Source: Terriglobia bacterium (lineage in GTDB: Bacteria; Acidobacteriota; Terriglobia; Acidiferrales; UBA7541). Taken from it: a DNA stretch of 53,585 bases. A program made the translations under genes and the position numbers. Positions 19,148-27,703 of this stretch are shown here, piece by piece. Numbering within the stretch: the first letter of the stretch is position 1; every line of letters starts with the position of its first letter. The notes beneath the pieces were generated by a model. That model saw nothing but the letters and a program-made list of their open reading frames with translations. It had not been told where the DNA came from and made no database searches. The stretch spans positions 1 through 53,585 of the forward strand of contig JBGQEW010000001.1 of the NCBI GenBank assembly GCA_041496565.1, given 5' to 3'.

Positions 19148-19579
19148 ATGGTAGAGCGGAACAAAAGGGATAAAGCTGCGACCACGATTCGCGATCTTAT
19201 CGACGGCAAGATTACGAATGAGGAGTTTATACGTCAGTTTCCGAGGTCTGGGGACGATCCGGCTCTTCCAGCAGTTCTGAAGGCAGTGTGGATGCAGTTC
19301 TCGGATCACCGGATTCATAAACTAACCGGGCGTGATAACCCAACCCCTGAGCTGTGCGCGGTGTTAGAACGATGTTGGCTGTTTTTGACTACGGAACTCG
19401 AATTTCAGTGGCCGCCAGCGAAGTCTCGCGTCGGTAAAGGACTGCTCCAGTTGATTGGCTTGGGCGGACGGTTCCGTGCCTCTGACCAGGAATACAAATC
19501 GCACGGAGATTTTGAAGTATGGCCGTTCCTGAAGAAGAGCGATTACGAGGCTCATAAGCGGAATCTTGAGCGGAACTGA
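19148..19579 (+). CDS. Hypothetical protein, candidate cognate immunity protein of the RHS C-terminal domain
   Basis: 143-aa ORF starting 49 nt after the toxin stop and preceded by GGGAGG. This is the position typical of rhs immunity genes. No recognisable domain. Confidence 0.5.
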   Translation: MVERNKRDKAATTIRDLIDGKITNEEFIRQFPRSGDDPALPAVLKAVWMQFSDHRIHKLTGRDNPTPELCAVLERCWLFLTTELEFQWPPAKSRVGKGLLQLIGLGGRFRASDQEYKSHGDFEVWPFLKKSDYEAHKRNLERN

Positions 19580-19723
19580 GTTGCCGCAATCGCAGCGGAA
19601 CCCGAATACCACGTGGGCGGGAAAGGTCTGTGGGGCTGTGAGCTGGGTCGGCGGGTGGGCCATCCTTGGCTCCCGAGGTTCTTTTGAGAGTTCTCTGCGC
19701 TGTCGAACTTGAACCTCCGGGTG

Positions 19724-19756
19724 CCGCATCCTCTGCGCCCTTCGCAGAGGGTGCGG
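19724..19756. other. 14-bp stem-loop (13 Watson-Crick pairs plus one G-U) in a non-coding stretch
   Basis: CCGCATCCTCTGCG-ccctt-CGCAGAGGGTGCGG. Lies about 145 nt downstream of the candidate immunity gene. No clear U-tract follows. Confidence 0.4.
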
Positions 19757-19887
19757 GGTTTCGATTGCCCCTTCCCCTGCCCACTCTCTTCCCCCTGTGC
19801 CGCCCAAGGGCAGTTTCCGGCCCTCGCGGCCTTTGCCTTGTCCCGCGACCCTGCGCCTGATAGATTCCACACGCCGGTAGAAGACGT

Positions 19888-20229
19888 ATGAGACTTTCAC
19901 TTCCTTTCGCGCCGCCTCATCCGCGCTTTTTGGCTTGGTGCCAAGCGGCTTCCGGTCGGCGAGATGAGGCACTGCAGACGCTCGCGGAGCTCCAGGGGCG
20001 CTCGGACAAGGAGTACATTTCGCCGCTCTTCTTGGCATGGGGTCATAGCGAGCTGGGCGAACTCGTGCGGGCAAAAGAGCTACTTCAGGAGGCATTCACC
20101 GAACGGTCCTACTTACTAGTGCTTCCACAGATGCCGTGCTTCCGAAAACTGCGACAAGAGCCGCTGATGGAAGGTTTGCGGCGGCGACTCCTCGGGCAAA
20201 GCCTCGGCGCATCGGAATCATCGGCCTGA
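19888..20229 (+). pseudogene. 5'-truncated remnant: C-terminal TPR-like end of a larger protein
   Basis: ...LAWCQAASGRRDEALQTLAELQGRSDKEYISPLFLAWGHSELGELVRAKELLQEAFTERSYLLVLPQMPCFRKLRQEPLMEGLRRRL resembles the conserved C-terminal roughly 100 aa of TPR-tailed kinases/regulators (..GRRDEAL..L.EL.....YVSP........G.......L..A...R......L...P.F..LR.(D/E)P.....L.RR.). There is no N-terminal domain, no convincing start and no RBS. Confidence 0.45.
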
Positions 20230-20366
20230 TTCTCTCCCAATGCAAAATTCTCGTGCAGTTGAGTGCCGGCGGCATGGGCGTGCTTGTCAGAAACGGCATC
20301 CTCTGGACAAGAAACTTGACTCCAACTTGGGTCCAAATAGCTGCCGAATACCGGCCTATGGAAGAA

Positions 20367-20441
20367 TGGCTCCCCGGGCTAGATTCGAACTAGCAACCCT
20401 TCGGTTAACAGCCGAATGCTCTACCATTGAGCTACCGGGGA
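20367..20441 (-). tRNA. tRNA-Asn (anticodon GTT), CCA encoded
   Basis: Reverse complement: TCCCCGG TA GCTC AATGGTA GAGC A TTCGG CTGTTAA CCGAA GGGTT GCTAG TTCGAAT CTAGC CCGGGGA G CCA. Cloverleaf with a 7-bp acceptor stem, T-loop TTCGAAT and anticodon loop CT-GTT-AA. Confidence 0.93.
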
Positions 20442-20515
20442 ACCGTCTTGTTACCTTTTGGTTTTCAAACAGCCTACGCTACCTCTTGATTTTGCGCAAC
20501 CAAGTCACCTGGTTG

Positions 20516-20587
20516 GAATTGGAAAGGGACATCGTTACCCCCTAGCGCATTTGAAGTGCATTAGCCCCAAGCGGTGGGAAGAACTCG
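20516..20587. repeat. Copy B of the repeat family (5' 72 nt only, GC-rich tail absent)
   Basis: GAATTGGAAAGGGACATCGTTACCCCCTAGCGCATTTGAAGTGCATTAGCCCCAAGCGGTGGGAAGAACTCG, then it diverges. Lies 75 nt from the 5' end of tRNA-Asn. Confidence 0.8.
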
Positions 20588-20659
20588 TCCAGAGTTTTCT
20601 TCGGCTCATTGCCACCGTGGTCTTTCGGGTGGCGCAGGGTTGGTCGGTGCGCGGTGGCG

Positions 20660-20944
20660 TTACTGCACGCGCTGTTTCTCGGAATCCAGGCCGATGAGGG
20701 ACTCGAAGATGGCAAGGACATGCCGGCGGTATTCGAGGATGCGCTCGAGGATGGCGCGCAATTGAGGCTCGTGCACCGTTTCACGGTCCCATTTGGCGAG
20801 CACCGCCGCGGGCACCTCGATGTCGCGCCGAAGCTCTTCGGCGGAATGCCCGCGCAAGAACAGGCCGTAGAAGAATGCGGCTTCCCGCTGCGGATACTCG
20901 AAGTCGTGCGCGACTTCCTCAACCGGATTGTATTGCGTCGCCAT
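20660..20944 (-). CDS. Hypothetical small protein (94 aa)
   Basis: Met26 of ORF 20660-21019: MATQYNPVEEVAHDFEYPQREAAFFYGLFLRGHSAEELRRDIEVPAAVLAKWDRE... The composition looks like a real protein and there is a possible short HTH-like segment. No family recognised. Confidence 0.45.
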   Translation of the reverse strand: MATQYNPVEEVAHDFEYPQREAAFFYGLFLRGHSAEELRRDIEVPAAVLAKWDRETVHEPQLRAILERILEYRRHVLAIFESLIGLDSEKQRVQ

Positions 20945-21023
20945 CGCAGAAAAGTGCAGTTTACAGTTTTCGCGGGAACCGTCAAGAGGCCGTATAGTAG
21001 GTGTGGTGCAAAGAGGCAAAGGA

Positions 21024-21386
21024 CTAGATGCGGGCGCGGCTCGCGCGCAGGTAATCCCGAAGCGCCCAAACGTTGGGGCCGTAGGAGCCTACGCGACCGG
21101 CGTCCACCGGCAAGCCAAACTGCTCGGCTTGATCGAGGCTGACGCCGGCATCATCCAGCTCCGCGAGGCTGTAGCCTTCGGTGGGCACCAGGCGGTTTCG
21201 GCTGGAGCGGTCAACGGGCCGCGGCGGGCGCGAGCCTTGCCAGGGCTTCCGAACAATCTGGAAGAATTCGTCCCAGTCGCGCCGATTCCACATGTGCCCC
21301 TCCCGCGCCCTGCCGAACGTTTCGGGTCCGAAAGATTGGATGCAGCATGGGCTCGGCGGGTCGCTTGCCCGCTCGAGCTTTTCCAT
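21024..21386 (-). CDS. Hypothetical protein with a ribosomal-protein-L13e-like segment
   Basis: ...RPPRPVDRSSRNRLVPTEGYSLAELDDAGVSLDQAEQFGLPVDAGRVGSYGPNVWALRDYL follows the G(F/Y)SL.EL..AG(I/V)....A...G(I/L).VD..R......NV..L(K/R)(D/E)Y pattern of eukaryotic/archaeal L13e as I remember it. The start is uncertain (M1 at 21386 or M32, MWNRRDW). Confidence 0.45.
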   Translation of the reverse strand: MEKLERASDPPSPCCIQSFGPETFGRAREGHMWNRRDWDEFFQIVRKPWQGSRPPRPVDRSSRNRLVPTEGYSLAELDDAGVSLDQAEQFGLPVDAGRVGSYGPNVWALRDYLRASRARI

Positions 21387-21672
21387 CCACCTACCCTATC
21401 GTTGGAGGACGAAACGAAGCCGATTCTACGCCCTCCGCAGGCAAAGTGCGGGGGGATGGCGGCAACTGTATCTTGAGAGTTACCAGCCCGCCTGAGCTGC
21501 GATGGTTCGGGCGAGGAACCAAGATTCGACGTTTGACAAGTAAACCAGCGACGTCATGTCGAAGCACTTGGAGACTGCCGCCTCTAACGAAGCCTGGCAC
21601 TTCTCTGCGGGCTTGGTGCAAGCGCTCCCGGTCAGGGATCGAGGGCTGCTTGTCAATCTGTGCGGCAATGTA

Positions 21673-21782
21673 GAATTGGAAAGGGACATCGTTACCCCTA
21701 GAGCATTTGAAGTGCATTAGCCCGAAGCGGTGGGAGGAACTCGCCGCCCGGCGGAGGGGGAGGAGCCTGGCAGCGGCCGGCA
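21673..21782. repeat. Copy C of the repeat family (full length)
   Basis: GAATTGGAAAGGGACATCGTTACCCCTAGAGCATTTGAAGTGCATTAGCCCGAAGCGGTGGGAGGAACTCGCCGCCCGGCGGAGGGGGAGGAGCCTGGCAGCGGCCGGC. It has a 1-nt deletion in the C-run relative to copies A and B. Confidence 0.8.
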
Positions 21783-21880
21783 CGCCCCTAGTTCCACCAA
21801 ATCCAATTTCAGGGCCGATGGATGTGATATAGACTCTCTCATTCGCCGTGGTATGTAACTCGGTCTGGTCAGGAGGGGCA

Positions 21881-22360
21881 ATGCTTCACAAAGGGATCGC
21901 CACTCTAGCCGCGGGATTGATGCTGTGCTTCTTCTTGTTGAGTCATTTCGATCCGGAATTCTTCTTCCTCCACTTCTACGAGGCGCTCGTTTACGTCGTC
22001 ATCCTTTTGATGCTCTTCTATTTCCACGAACGATGGGCCTACATGCTCGGCATCGTCGCGCCGGCTGAATGGCTGCTCCTGATGTTCATTACCGGCGGCT
22101 TGACCGAATTTTGGACGCATGTCGTAAACATCCTGCGAGGCCCGACGCTGACTGATCCTCCCGCTCTCGTGGGAGCCTTGGTTTCCGTTCTGTCCCTTTC
22201 CATGATTCTTTTGTGCTGGTACCGGTGGCGGCGCGAGTTCGCCGGCTTGGGGAAAGGAATCAGAACATTCCTGGTGAGCTTGGGGATCGTCTCCACCTAT
22301 TATCTGGTTCTCATCTTCTGGTTCTGGAAAGCAGTTACAGCGGCGCTTTCCCCTCGATAG
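21881..22360 (+). CDS. Hypothetical integral membrane protein (4-5 TM segments)
   Basis: ORF 21848-22360. ATG at 21881 (MLHKGIATLAAGLMLCFFLL...). Several long hydrophobic stretches and no recognisable motif. Confidence 0.55.
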   Translation: MLHKGIATLAAGLMLCFFLLSHFDPEFFFLHFYEALVYVVILLMLFYFHERWAYMLGIVAPAEWLLLMFITGGLTEFWTHVVNILRGPTLTDPPALVGALVSVLSLSMILLCWYRWRREFAGLGKGIRTFLVSLGIVSTYYLVLIFWFWKAVTAALSPR

Positions 22361-22685
22361 GCTCTTGCGGATGCGTCGAGGGCGCAGGGGATGGCCCAAA
22401 GCGCTGTTGTCCGGGCTGCAGCAGGGATTATGCCGCCGAAAGCAAGCTCAACCGTAACGGCACGGTTTGCCTGAACGGCGATAACAGCCAAGCCAGAGTG
22501 ACCTGCGCAGTGCCTCTCTCCTGGTGGCGCGATGCATTTCAGGACAGACTGACTGATCTGGCCATCCGGCAGAGCCCCACGAACCACTACAATGTTTCGC
22601 TCGTATTTCCCGTACGACTACTCTCTGCCCGGCACGGCTGTTATACTTTCCGGGTCGAAACGCCGCTTGGATAGTTTCGAGGCGC

Positions 22686-23963
22686 ATGAGCAACACGGTT
22701 ATCGTCGTTCACTACCATGAGCTGTGGCTGAAGGGCCGGAACCGCCGGTTCTTCCTCGCCAAGCTCGCGTCGAATCTGCGCCTGGCGCTAGGCGGAATAC
22801 CGGTTGCCGCCATCGAGCGGCCCGGCGACCGTTTGCTCATCCGGTTGCGCACCGGTGCATCGCTGGAGGAAGCGCGCGCCCGCGTCGAGCGCGTTTTCGG
22901 CGTGGCTTACTACGCCATTGCGCGCCCCGTCGAGCGAGACATCGAAGCCATCTGCCGCGCCGCATGGGAGGAGATCGAGCCGCTGCGGTTCGCTCAGTTT
23001 GCCGTGCGCGCCAAGCGCAGCGACAAGTCCTTCCCTCATTCCTCCATCGAGACCGAATCGCTCGTTGGCCGCTACTTGCTTGACCGGCTGCGGGCCGCCG
23101 GCCGCGACGTTCGCGTCCAGCTCGACGATCCCGAGCTCACCTGCCGGATCGAAATTACGCCTGGCCCGGCGCTCGTCTACGCGCAGAAGATTCCTGGCCC
23201 GGGCGGGCTCCCCGCCAATACGGCTGGGCGCATGATGTGCCTGCTCTCGGGCGGATTCGATTCCGCCGTGGCTGCCTATCAAATGATGAGGCGAGGCGCC
23301 CACCTCTCCTTCGTTCACTTTTTCGGCGGCGGCGCGCGCCCCGGCGAATCCTCGCTGCATGTGGCGCGCGAGCTGGTTCGCAGGCTCGTGCCCTGCCAAT
23401 TCACAGCCAAACTCTATCGCGTGCCTTTTGAGCCCATCCAGCGCGAGATCGTCCGCTTCGCGCCCGAAAGCTATCGCATCCTTCTTTATCGCCGGATGAT
23501 GCTGCGCATCGCCGAGCGGCTGGCGCGGCGCGGGCATGCCCTGGCGCTGGTTTCGGGCGACAGCCTGGGCCAGGTGGCCTCGCAAACGCTGAACAACATG
23601 GTCGCGGTGGGCGACGCGGTGCGCATGCCAGTCTTTCGTCCCCTCGCCGGCACCGACAAGCTTGAGATCATGGACCTGGCCAAGAGAATCGGAACGTACG
23701 AAATCTCCTCCGAGCCGTTTCACGACTGTTGCCCGATCTTCATGCCCCGCTCCCCTGCGCTGCACGCCTCGCCCGCCGAGCTCGACCATGCCGAATCGAA
23801 GCTCGACATCGCGGCCCTGGTTCGCCAGGGGGTTGAGACCGCCTCGCTCGAAAACTTTCGCTACGCGGGCGGCCGCGTCGAAACGGTCGAATCCCTTCGC
23901 GAGCCCGCCACGGTTCCGTCAGTCGCGCTGGCTTTGAAGGAGGCCAGCGCGGCCACGTCGTAG
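22686..23963 (+). CDS. thiI: tRNA 4-thiouridine(8) synthase ThiI (THUMP + PP-loop ATPase)
   Basis: N-terminus (VIVVHYHELWLKGRNRRFF) is typical of ThiI. PP-loop MCLLSGGFDSAVAAY. ...LVSGDSLGQVASQTL. Confidence 0.88.
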   Translation: MSNTVIVVHYHELWLKGRNRRFFLAKLASNLRLALGGIPVAAIERPGDRLLIRLRTGASLEEARARVERVFGVAYYAIARPVERDIEAICRAAWEEIEPLRFAQFAVRAKRSDKSFPHSSIETESLVGRYLLDRLRAAGRDVRVQLDDPELTCRIEITPGPALVYAQKIPGPGGLPANTAGRMMCLLSGGFDSAVAAYQMMRRGAHLSFVHFFGGGARPGESSLHVARELVRRLVPCQFTAKLYRVPFEPIQREIVRFAPESYRILLYRRMMLRIAERLARRGHALALVSGDSLGQVASQTLNNMVAVGDAVRMPVFRPLAGTDKLEIMDLAKRIGTYEISSEPFHDCCPIFMPRSPALHASPAELDHAESKLDIAALVRQGVETASLENFRYAGGRVETVESLREPATVPSVALALKEASAATS

Positions 23964-24104
23964 CGCGCTCGGCTCTTTCTCAAGACAGTCTAAACATACA
24001 AAGCTCCGGAAATTCAGCCACAGGCACATTGATCCGCTGCGGCTTGCCGACAAGGTAGCCACATGAAGAAGCACGATGTTTTGATCGAAGGAGGGCCAGA
24101 AATG

Positions 24105-24135
24105 AAAAACGGGCACGGAGATAATCCCATGCCCG
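24105..24135 (-). terminator. Rho-independent terminator candidate for the RRM protein gene
   Basis: On the minus strand: CGGGCA-tgggattatctccg-TGCCCG followed by TTTTT, starting 30 nt after the stop at 24165. An inner GGA/TCC pairing extends the stem. Confidence 0.55.
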
Positions 24136-24164
24136 CTTTCCTCACCAAGAATTTCGATTGATAA

Positions 24165-24563
24165 CTACCAGTCGCGACGCCCACCGCCTCCACCGCCGCG
24201 GCCGCCTCCGCCACCACCACCGCCGTGCCCGCCGCGTCCACCACCTCCACCTCGGCCACCACCGCCACCACCGCCGCCGTGCCCGCCGCGTCCACCGCCT
24301 CCGCCGCCACCCTCGCGCGGCGGCCGCGCTTCGTTCACCACCATCGCCCGGCCCAGAAAGTCCTTGCCGTTCAGCGTTGCGATCGCCTTTTCCGCTTCTC
24401 CATCATCGGAAATTTCAACGAAGCCAAAGCCGCGCGGCTGGCCGGAAAAGCGGTCTCGGATCAACGTCACAGAGTCCGTCTTGACCCCTGCCTCGGAGAA
24501 CTGTGCTGCCAGATCCTCTTCGCTTGCCTGGAAAGGCAAGTTGCCCACGTAAAGCTTCTTCAC
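24165..24563 (-). CDS. RRM-type RNA-binding protein with a Gly/Arg/His-rich tail
   Basis: (M)KKLYVGNLPFQASEEDL (RNP-2), RGFGFVEI (RNP-1), then GGGGGGGRGGHGGGGGGGGRGGGGGRGGHGGGGGGGGRGGGGGGRRDW. GTG start preceded by AAGGAG. Confidence 0.9.
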   Translation of the reverse strand: MKKLYVGNLPFQASEEDLAAQFSEAGVKTDSVTLIRDRFSGQPRGFGFVEISDDGEAEKAIATLNGKDFLGRAMVVNEARPPREGGGGGGGRGGHGGGGGGGGRGGGGGRGGHGGGGGGGGRGGGGGGRRDW

Positions 24564-24841
24564 GTTGCGCTCCTTTTAGCCGCGAAACCATCCGCGCGTT
24601 TAGCGAGCCTGAAGAGGAAGGATCAGGACCGCTGGCAGCAGGCGCTTGCCCGGCTGCGGCGGGGTGAATCTTGCACTCCAGTCGCTCGCTGGCATCTTGG
24701 CTCAACTGAGGTTGCGAGTCAACAAAAGTTGCGAACACGAAAGTCGCTCAGCCGTGCATAAACCCTTGCCCATCGACTTCGGAGCGCTCGAATCGGCGAA
24801 CATTAGTGATAGGATTCGCCCGGCACGTTCGGAGGCCCTCC

Positions 24842-26455
24842 ATGCGCGGGACGATGATGGATTTCCCGCTCACGCTCATTCCTATCCTCGAGCGTGGCGG
24901 CCGGCTTTTCGGCAAAATCGAAATCGTTTCGCGGAAACCGGACCGCTCCCTTCACCGCTATACGTTCGCCGATTTTTACCGCCGTGCCAGGCGCCTCGCC
25001 GCAGCATTACAGCGCGCGGGGCTCCAGCGCGGAGAGCGTGTCGCCACCCTGATGTGGAACCATTCGGCTCACCTGGAAGCCTATTTCGGTATCCCGGCCG
25101 CCGGCGGCGTGCTTCACACGCTGAACCTGCGCCTCCACCCGGCGGAAATCGCCTACATCGCCAACCACGCCCGCGATCGTTTCCTGATCGTGGACGACGT
25201 CCTGCTGCCCACCTACGAGAAATTCCGCGACCTGGTGAAATTGGAGCGCGTTTTCGTCGTGCCTTACGAATCGAGCGCCGTTCCCGCTGGCTACGAGAGC
25301 TACGAGGCTTTCCTCGATAACGCACCGGACAATTTTGAATACCCGCTGCTCGACGAAAACGAAGCCGCGGCGATGTGCTTCACCTCCGGCACGACGGGCA
25401 ATCCGAAGGGCGTAGTCTATTCCCACCGCGCGCTGGTCCTGCACAGCTTCGCCCAGGCACTGGAGGACACGTTCGGCATTTCGCACCGGCAAACCGTGAT
25501 GCCCATTTCTTCCATGTTTCACGCCAACGCCTGGGGCATCCCCTTCACTTCCATCATGGTTGGAACCAAGCTTGTGCTTCCCGGGCCGCAGGCCGATCCC
25601 GAAAGCCTCCTGGATCTCATCGAGCAGGAGCGCGTCACCGTCGCTACGGCTGTTCCCACGGTGTGGATCGGAGTTCTTGCCGCGCTCGAAGAAAATCCTG
25701 GGAGGTGGAAGCTCGCCCGCGACGTCCAGATCGCCTGCGGCGGTTCCGCCCCGCCGGAATCATTGATCCGTGGCCTCGATCGCCACGGCTTCCATCTGAT
25801 TCATCTCTGGGGATTGACCGAAACCACGCCGCTCGCCACAACCTGCAAGTTGAAATCCTACATGTACGATTGGCCCGAGGACGAACGCTATGCCGTCCGT
25901 GCCAAACAGGGCCTGCCAGCGCCGTTTGTCGAGCTTCGCGTGATGACTGAAAAAGGCGAGGCGCCCTGGGACGGTAAGACTGTCGGTGAACTCCAAACCC
26001 GCGGACCCTGGGTGGCGGCAAGTTACTACGAAGCCCCGGAAACGAAATCGCGTTGGACCGAGGACGGCTGGTTCCGCACCGGCGACATCGCCTCGCTCGA
26101 CCCGGAAGGCTACGTAAAGATCGCGGACCGCGCGAAGGATTTGATCAAGTCCGGCGGCGAATGGATCAGTTCCGTGGACTTGGAAAACGCGCTGATGGGC
26201 CATCCAGCGGTGCGCGAGGCCGCCGTGATCGGCGTCGCGCACCCCAAATGGCAGGAGCGCCCGCTGGCAATCGTTGTCTTGAAGGATGGCGCTCAGACGA
26301 AGCCGGAAGAATTGCGCGCTTTCCTCGCCGGAAAATTCGCCAAATGGCAGCTCCCCGATGGCTTCGTCTTCGCGCAGGAAATTCCGCGTACGTCCGTGGG
26401 CAAATTCCTCAAGACCAAACTCCGGGAACAATACGCCGGCTGGAAATGGGAATAA
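24842..26455 (+). CDS. AMP-dependent acyl-CoA synthetase (fatty-acid--CoA ligase family)
   Basis: ORF 24806-26455. AMP-binding motif FTSGTTGNPKGVVYSHR, WGLTETTP, GDIASLDPEGYVKIADRAKDLIKSGGEWISS, PRTSVGKFLK. The start could be ATG 24842, 24854 or 24857. Confidence 0.85.
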   Translation: MRGTMMDFPLTLIPILERGGRLFGKIEIVSRKPDRSLHRYTFADFYRRARRLAAALQRAGLQRGERVATLMWNHSAHLEAYFGIPAAGGVLHTLNLRLHPAEIAYIANHARDRFLIVDDVLLPTYEKFRDLVKLERVFVVPYESSAVPAGYESYEAFLDNAPDNFEYPLLDENEAAAMCFTSGTTGNPKGVVYSHRALVLHSFAQALEDTFGISHRQTVMPISSMFHANAWGIPFTSIMVGTKLVLPGPQADPESLLDLIEQERVTVATAVPTVWIGVLAALEENPGRWKLARDVQIACGGSAPPESLIRGLDRHGFHLIHLWGLTETTPLATTCKLKSYMYDWPEDERYAVRAKQGLPAPFVELRVMTEKGEAPWDGKTVGELQTRGPWVAASYYEAPETKSRWTEDGWFRTGDIASLDPEGYVKIADRAKDLIKSGGEWISSVDLENALMGHPAVREAAVIGVAHPKWQERPLAIVVLKDGAQTKPEELRAFLAGKFAKWQLPDGFVFAQEIPRTSVGKFLKTKLREQYAGWKWE

Positions 26456-26494
26456 CAGCTGAAATTTCGGAGAGGCGTGCGGCGAATGGCGCGG

Positions 26495-27703
26495 CTAGGT
26501 GCGGTAGCTGGCGTTGATCTTCACGTAGTCACCGGTGAAGTCGCAGGTCCACATGCGCGCCCGCCCGGGTCCCGCGTGCAACTCCACGAGTACGGGAACG
26601 TAACTCGCCAGCAGCTTGCGGTGCGCTGCGCGCTCGTCGAACGGAGCTTCGAGCCCGCGGTGGCACATCGTGATTCCCGCCAGACGAATCTCCGTGCGCG
26701 CGGGATCGAACCGGACACCGGCGCGGCCCGCGGCCGCCAGAATGCGGCCCCAGTTGGGGTCGCCCCCGGCAAACGCCGTCTTGACCAGCGGTGAATTCGC
26801 GATGGTCCGCGCCACTTGCCCGGCCGCGCGATTCGAAGACGCGCCGCGCACTTCAATTTCGATCACGCGCTTCGCTCCTTCTCCATCCGCAACTATTGCC
26901 AGCGCCAGCGAGCGGCAAACACTCTCCAGCGCAGCGCGGAAATGGTTTAAATCAGCGCCGCCGCGAATCGCTCGCGCGCCTGCAGCGCCGTTCGCGAGCA
27001 CTGCAACCGTGTCGTTCGTGGACGTGTCGCCATCCACCGTAATCGCATTGAATGTGCCGTGCACGGCTTCACGCAGCGCCCGCCCCAGAACTCCCGGCGC
27101 GATTGTCGCATCGGTCGTAATAAACGCCAGCATCGTGGCCATCTGCGGATGAATCATGCCCGCGCCTTTCGTGCAGCCCAGCACCCGCACTTCTCGTCCG
27201 CCGATGCGGCAGCGCGCCGCCGCCCATTTCGGACGCTTGTCCGTCGTCAGGATCGCGCGCGTGAGCCGCGCGTACGCCGAAGCGTCCGGGCTGCGCCGGC
27301 GCGCCAATTCCGGCACGGCGCGAAGAATGCGCTCGACTCGAAGCGGCACGCCAATCACGCCCGTCGAACAAACGAGTACTTCGTCCGGCTGGCAGCCGAG
27401 CGCGCGAGCCACCGCGCTGGCCGTCGCCCGGGAAGCCTTCATCCCTGCCGCGCCCGTGGCGCAATTGGCGTTGCCAGCATTGACGACAATCGCGCGCATG
27501 CGTCCGGCCGCGCGGCGCAGATGTTCGCGTGAAAGCACAACCGGCGCCGCTTGCACCAGATTGGTTGTGAAGACGGAGGCAGCGGCGGCGGGAGTTTCGC
27601 TCGCGATCAAAGCCAGGTCCAGTCCGGATTTCTTCAGGCCGCACGCGAAGGCGGAGAATAAGAATCCGCGCGGCAACAGCGAGGCCGAAAGGCGAGGTTT
27701 CAT
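26495..27703 (-). CDS. argJ: Bifunctional glutamate N-acetyltransferase / amino-acid acetyltransferase ArgJ
   Basis: Met117 of ORF 26495-28051 (MKPRLSASLLPRGF). Autoprocessing site GMIHPQMATMLAFITTDA. The start overlaps the upstream stop as ATGA (27700-27703). Confidence 0.9.
   Translation of the reverse strand: MKPRLSASLLPRGFLFSAFACGLKKSGLDLALIASETPAAAASVFTTNLVQAAPVVLSREHLRRAAGRMRAIVVNAGNANCATGAAGMKASRATASAVARALGCQPDEVLVCSTGVIGVPLRVERILRAVPELARRRSPDASAYARLTRAILTTDKRPKWAAARCRIGGREVRVLGCTKGAGMIHPQMATMLAFITTDATIAPGVLGRALREAVHGTFNAITVDGDTSTNDTVAVLANGAAGARAIRGGADLNHFRAALESVCRSLALAIVADGEGAKRVIEIEVRGASSNRAAGQVARTIANSPLVKTAFAGGDPNWGRILAAAGRAGVRFDPARTEIRLAGITMCHRGLEAPFDERAAHRKLLASYVPVLVELHAGPGRARMWTCDFTGDYVKINASYRT

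Noticed and set aside
19364-20095. 243-aa minus-strand ORF and several 60-130-aa ORFs across 19389-19891.
   Set aside because: They are low-complexity and Arg/Pro/Gly-rich, overlap the immunity candidate and the hairpin region, and have no motifs. The region is treated as non-coding.
24165-24330. A periodic GC-rich repeat that could be mistaken for a tandem-repeat locus or mini-array.
   Set aside because: It lies fully inside the RRM protein ORF and encodes the Gly/Arg/His tail. There is no spacer/repeat architecture.
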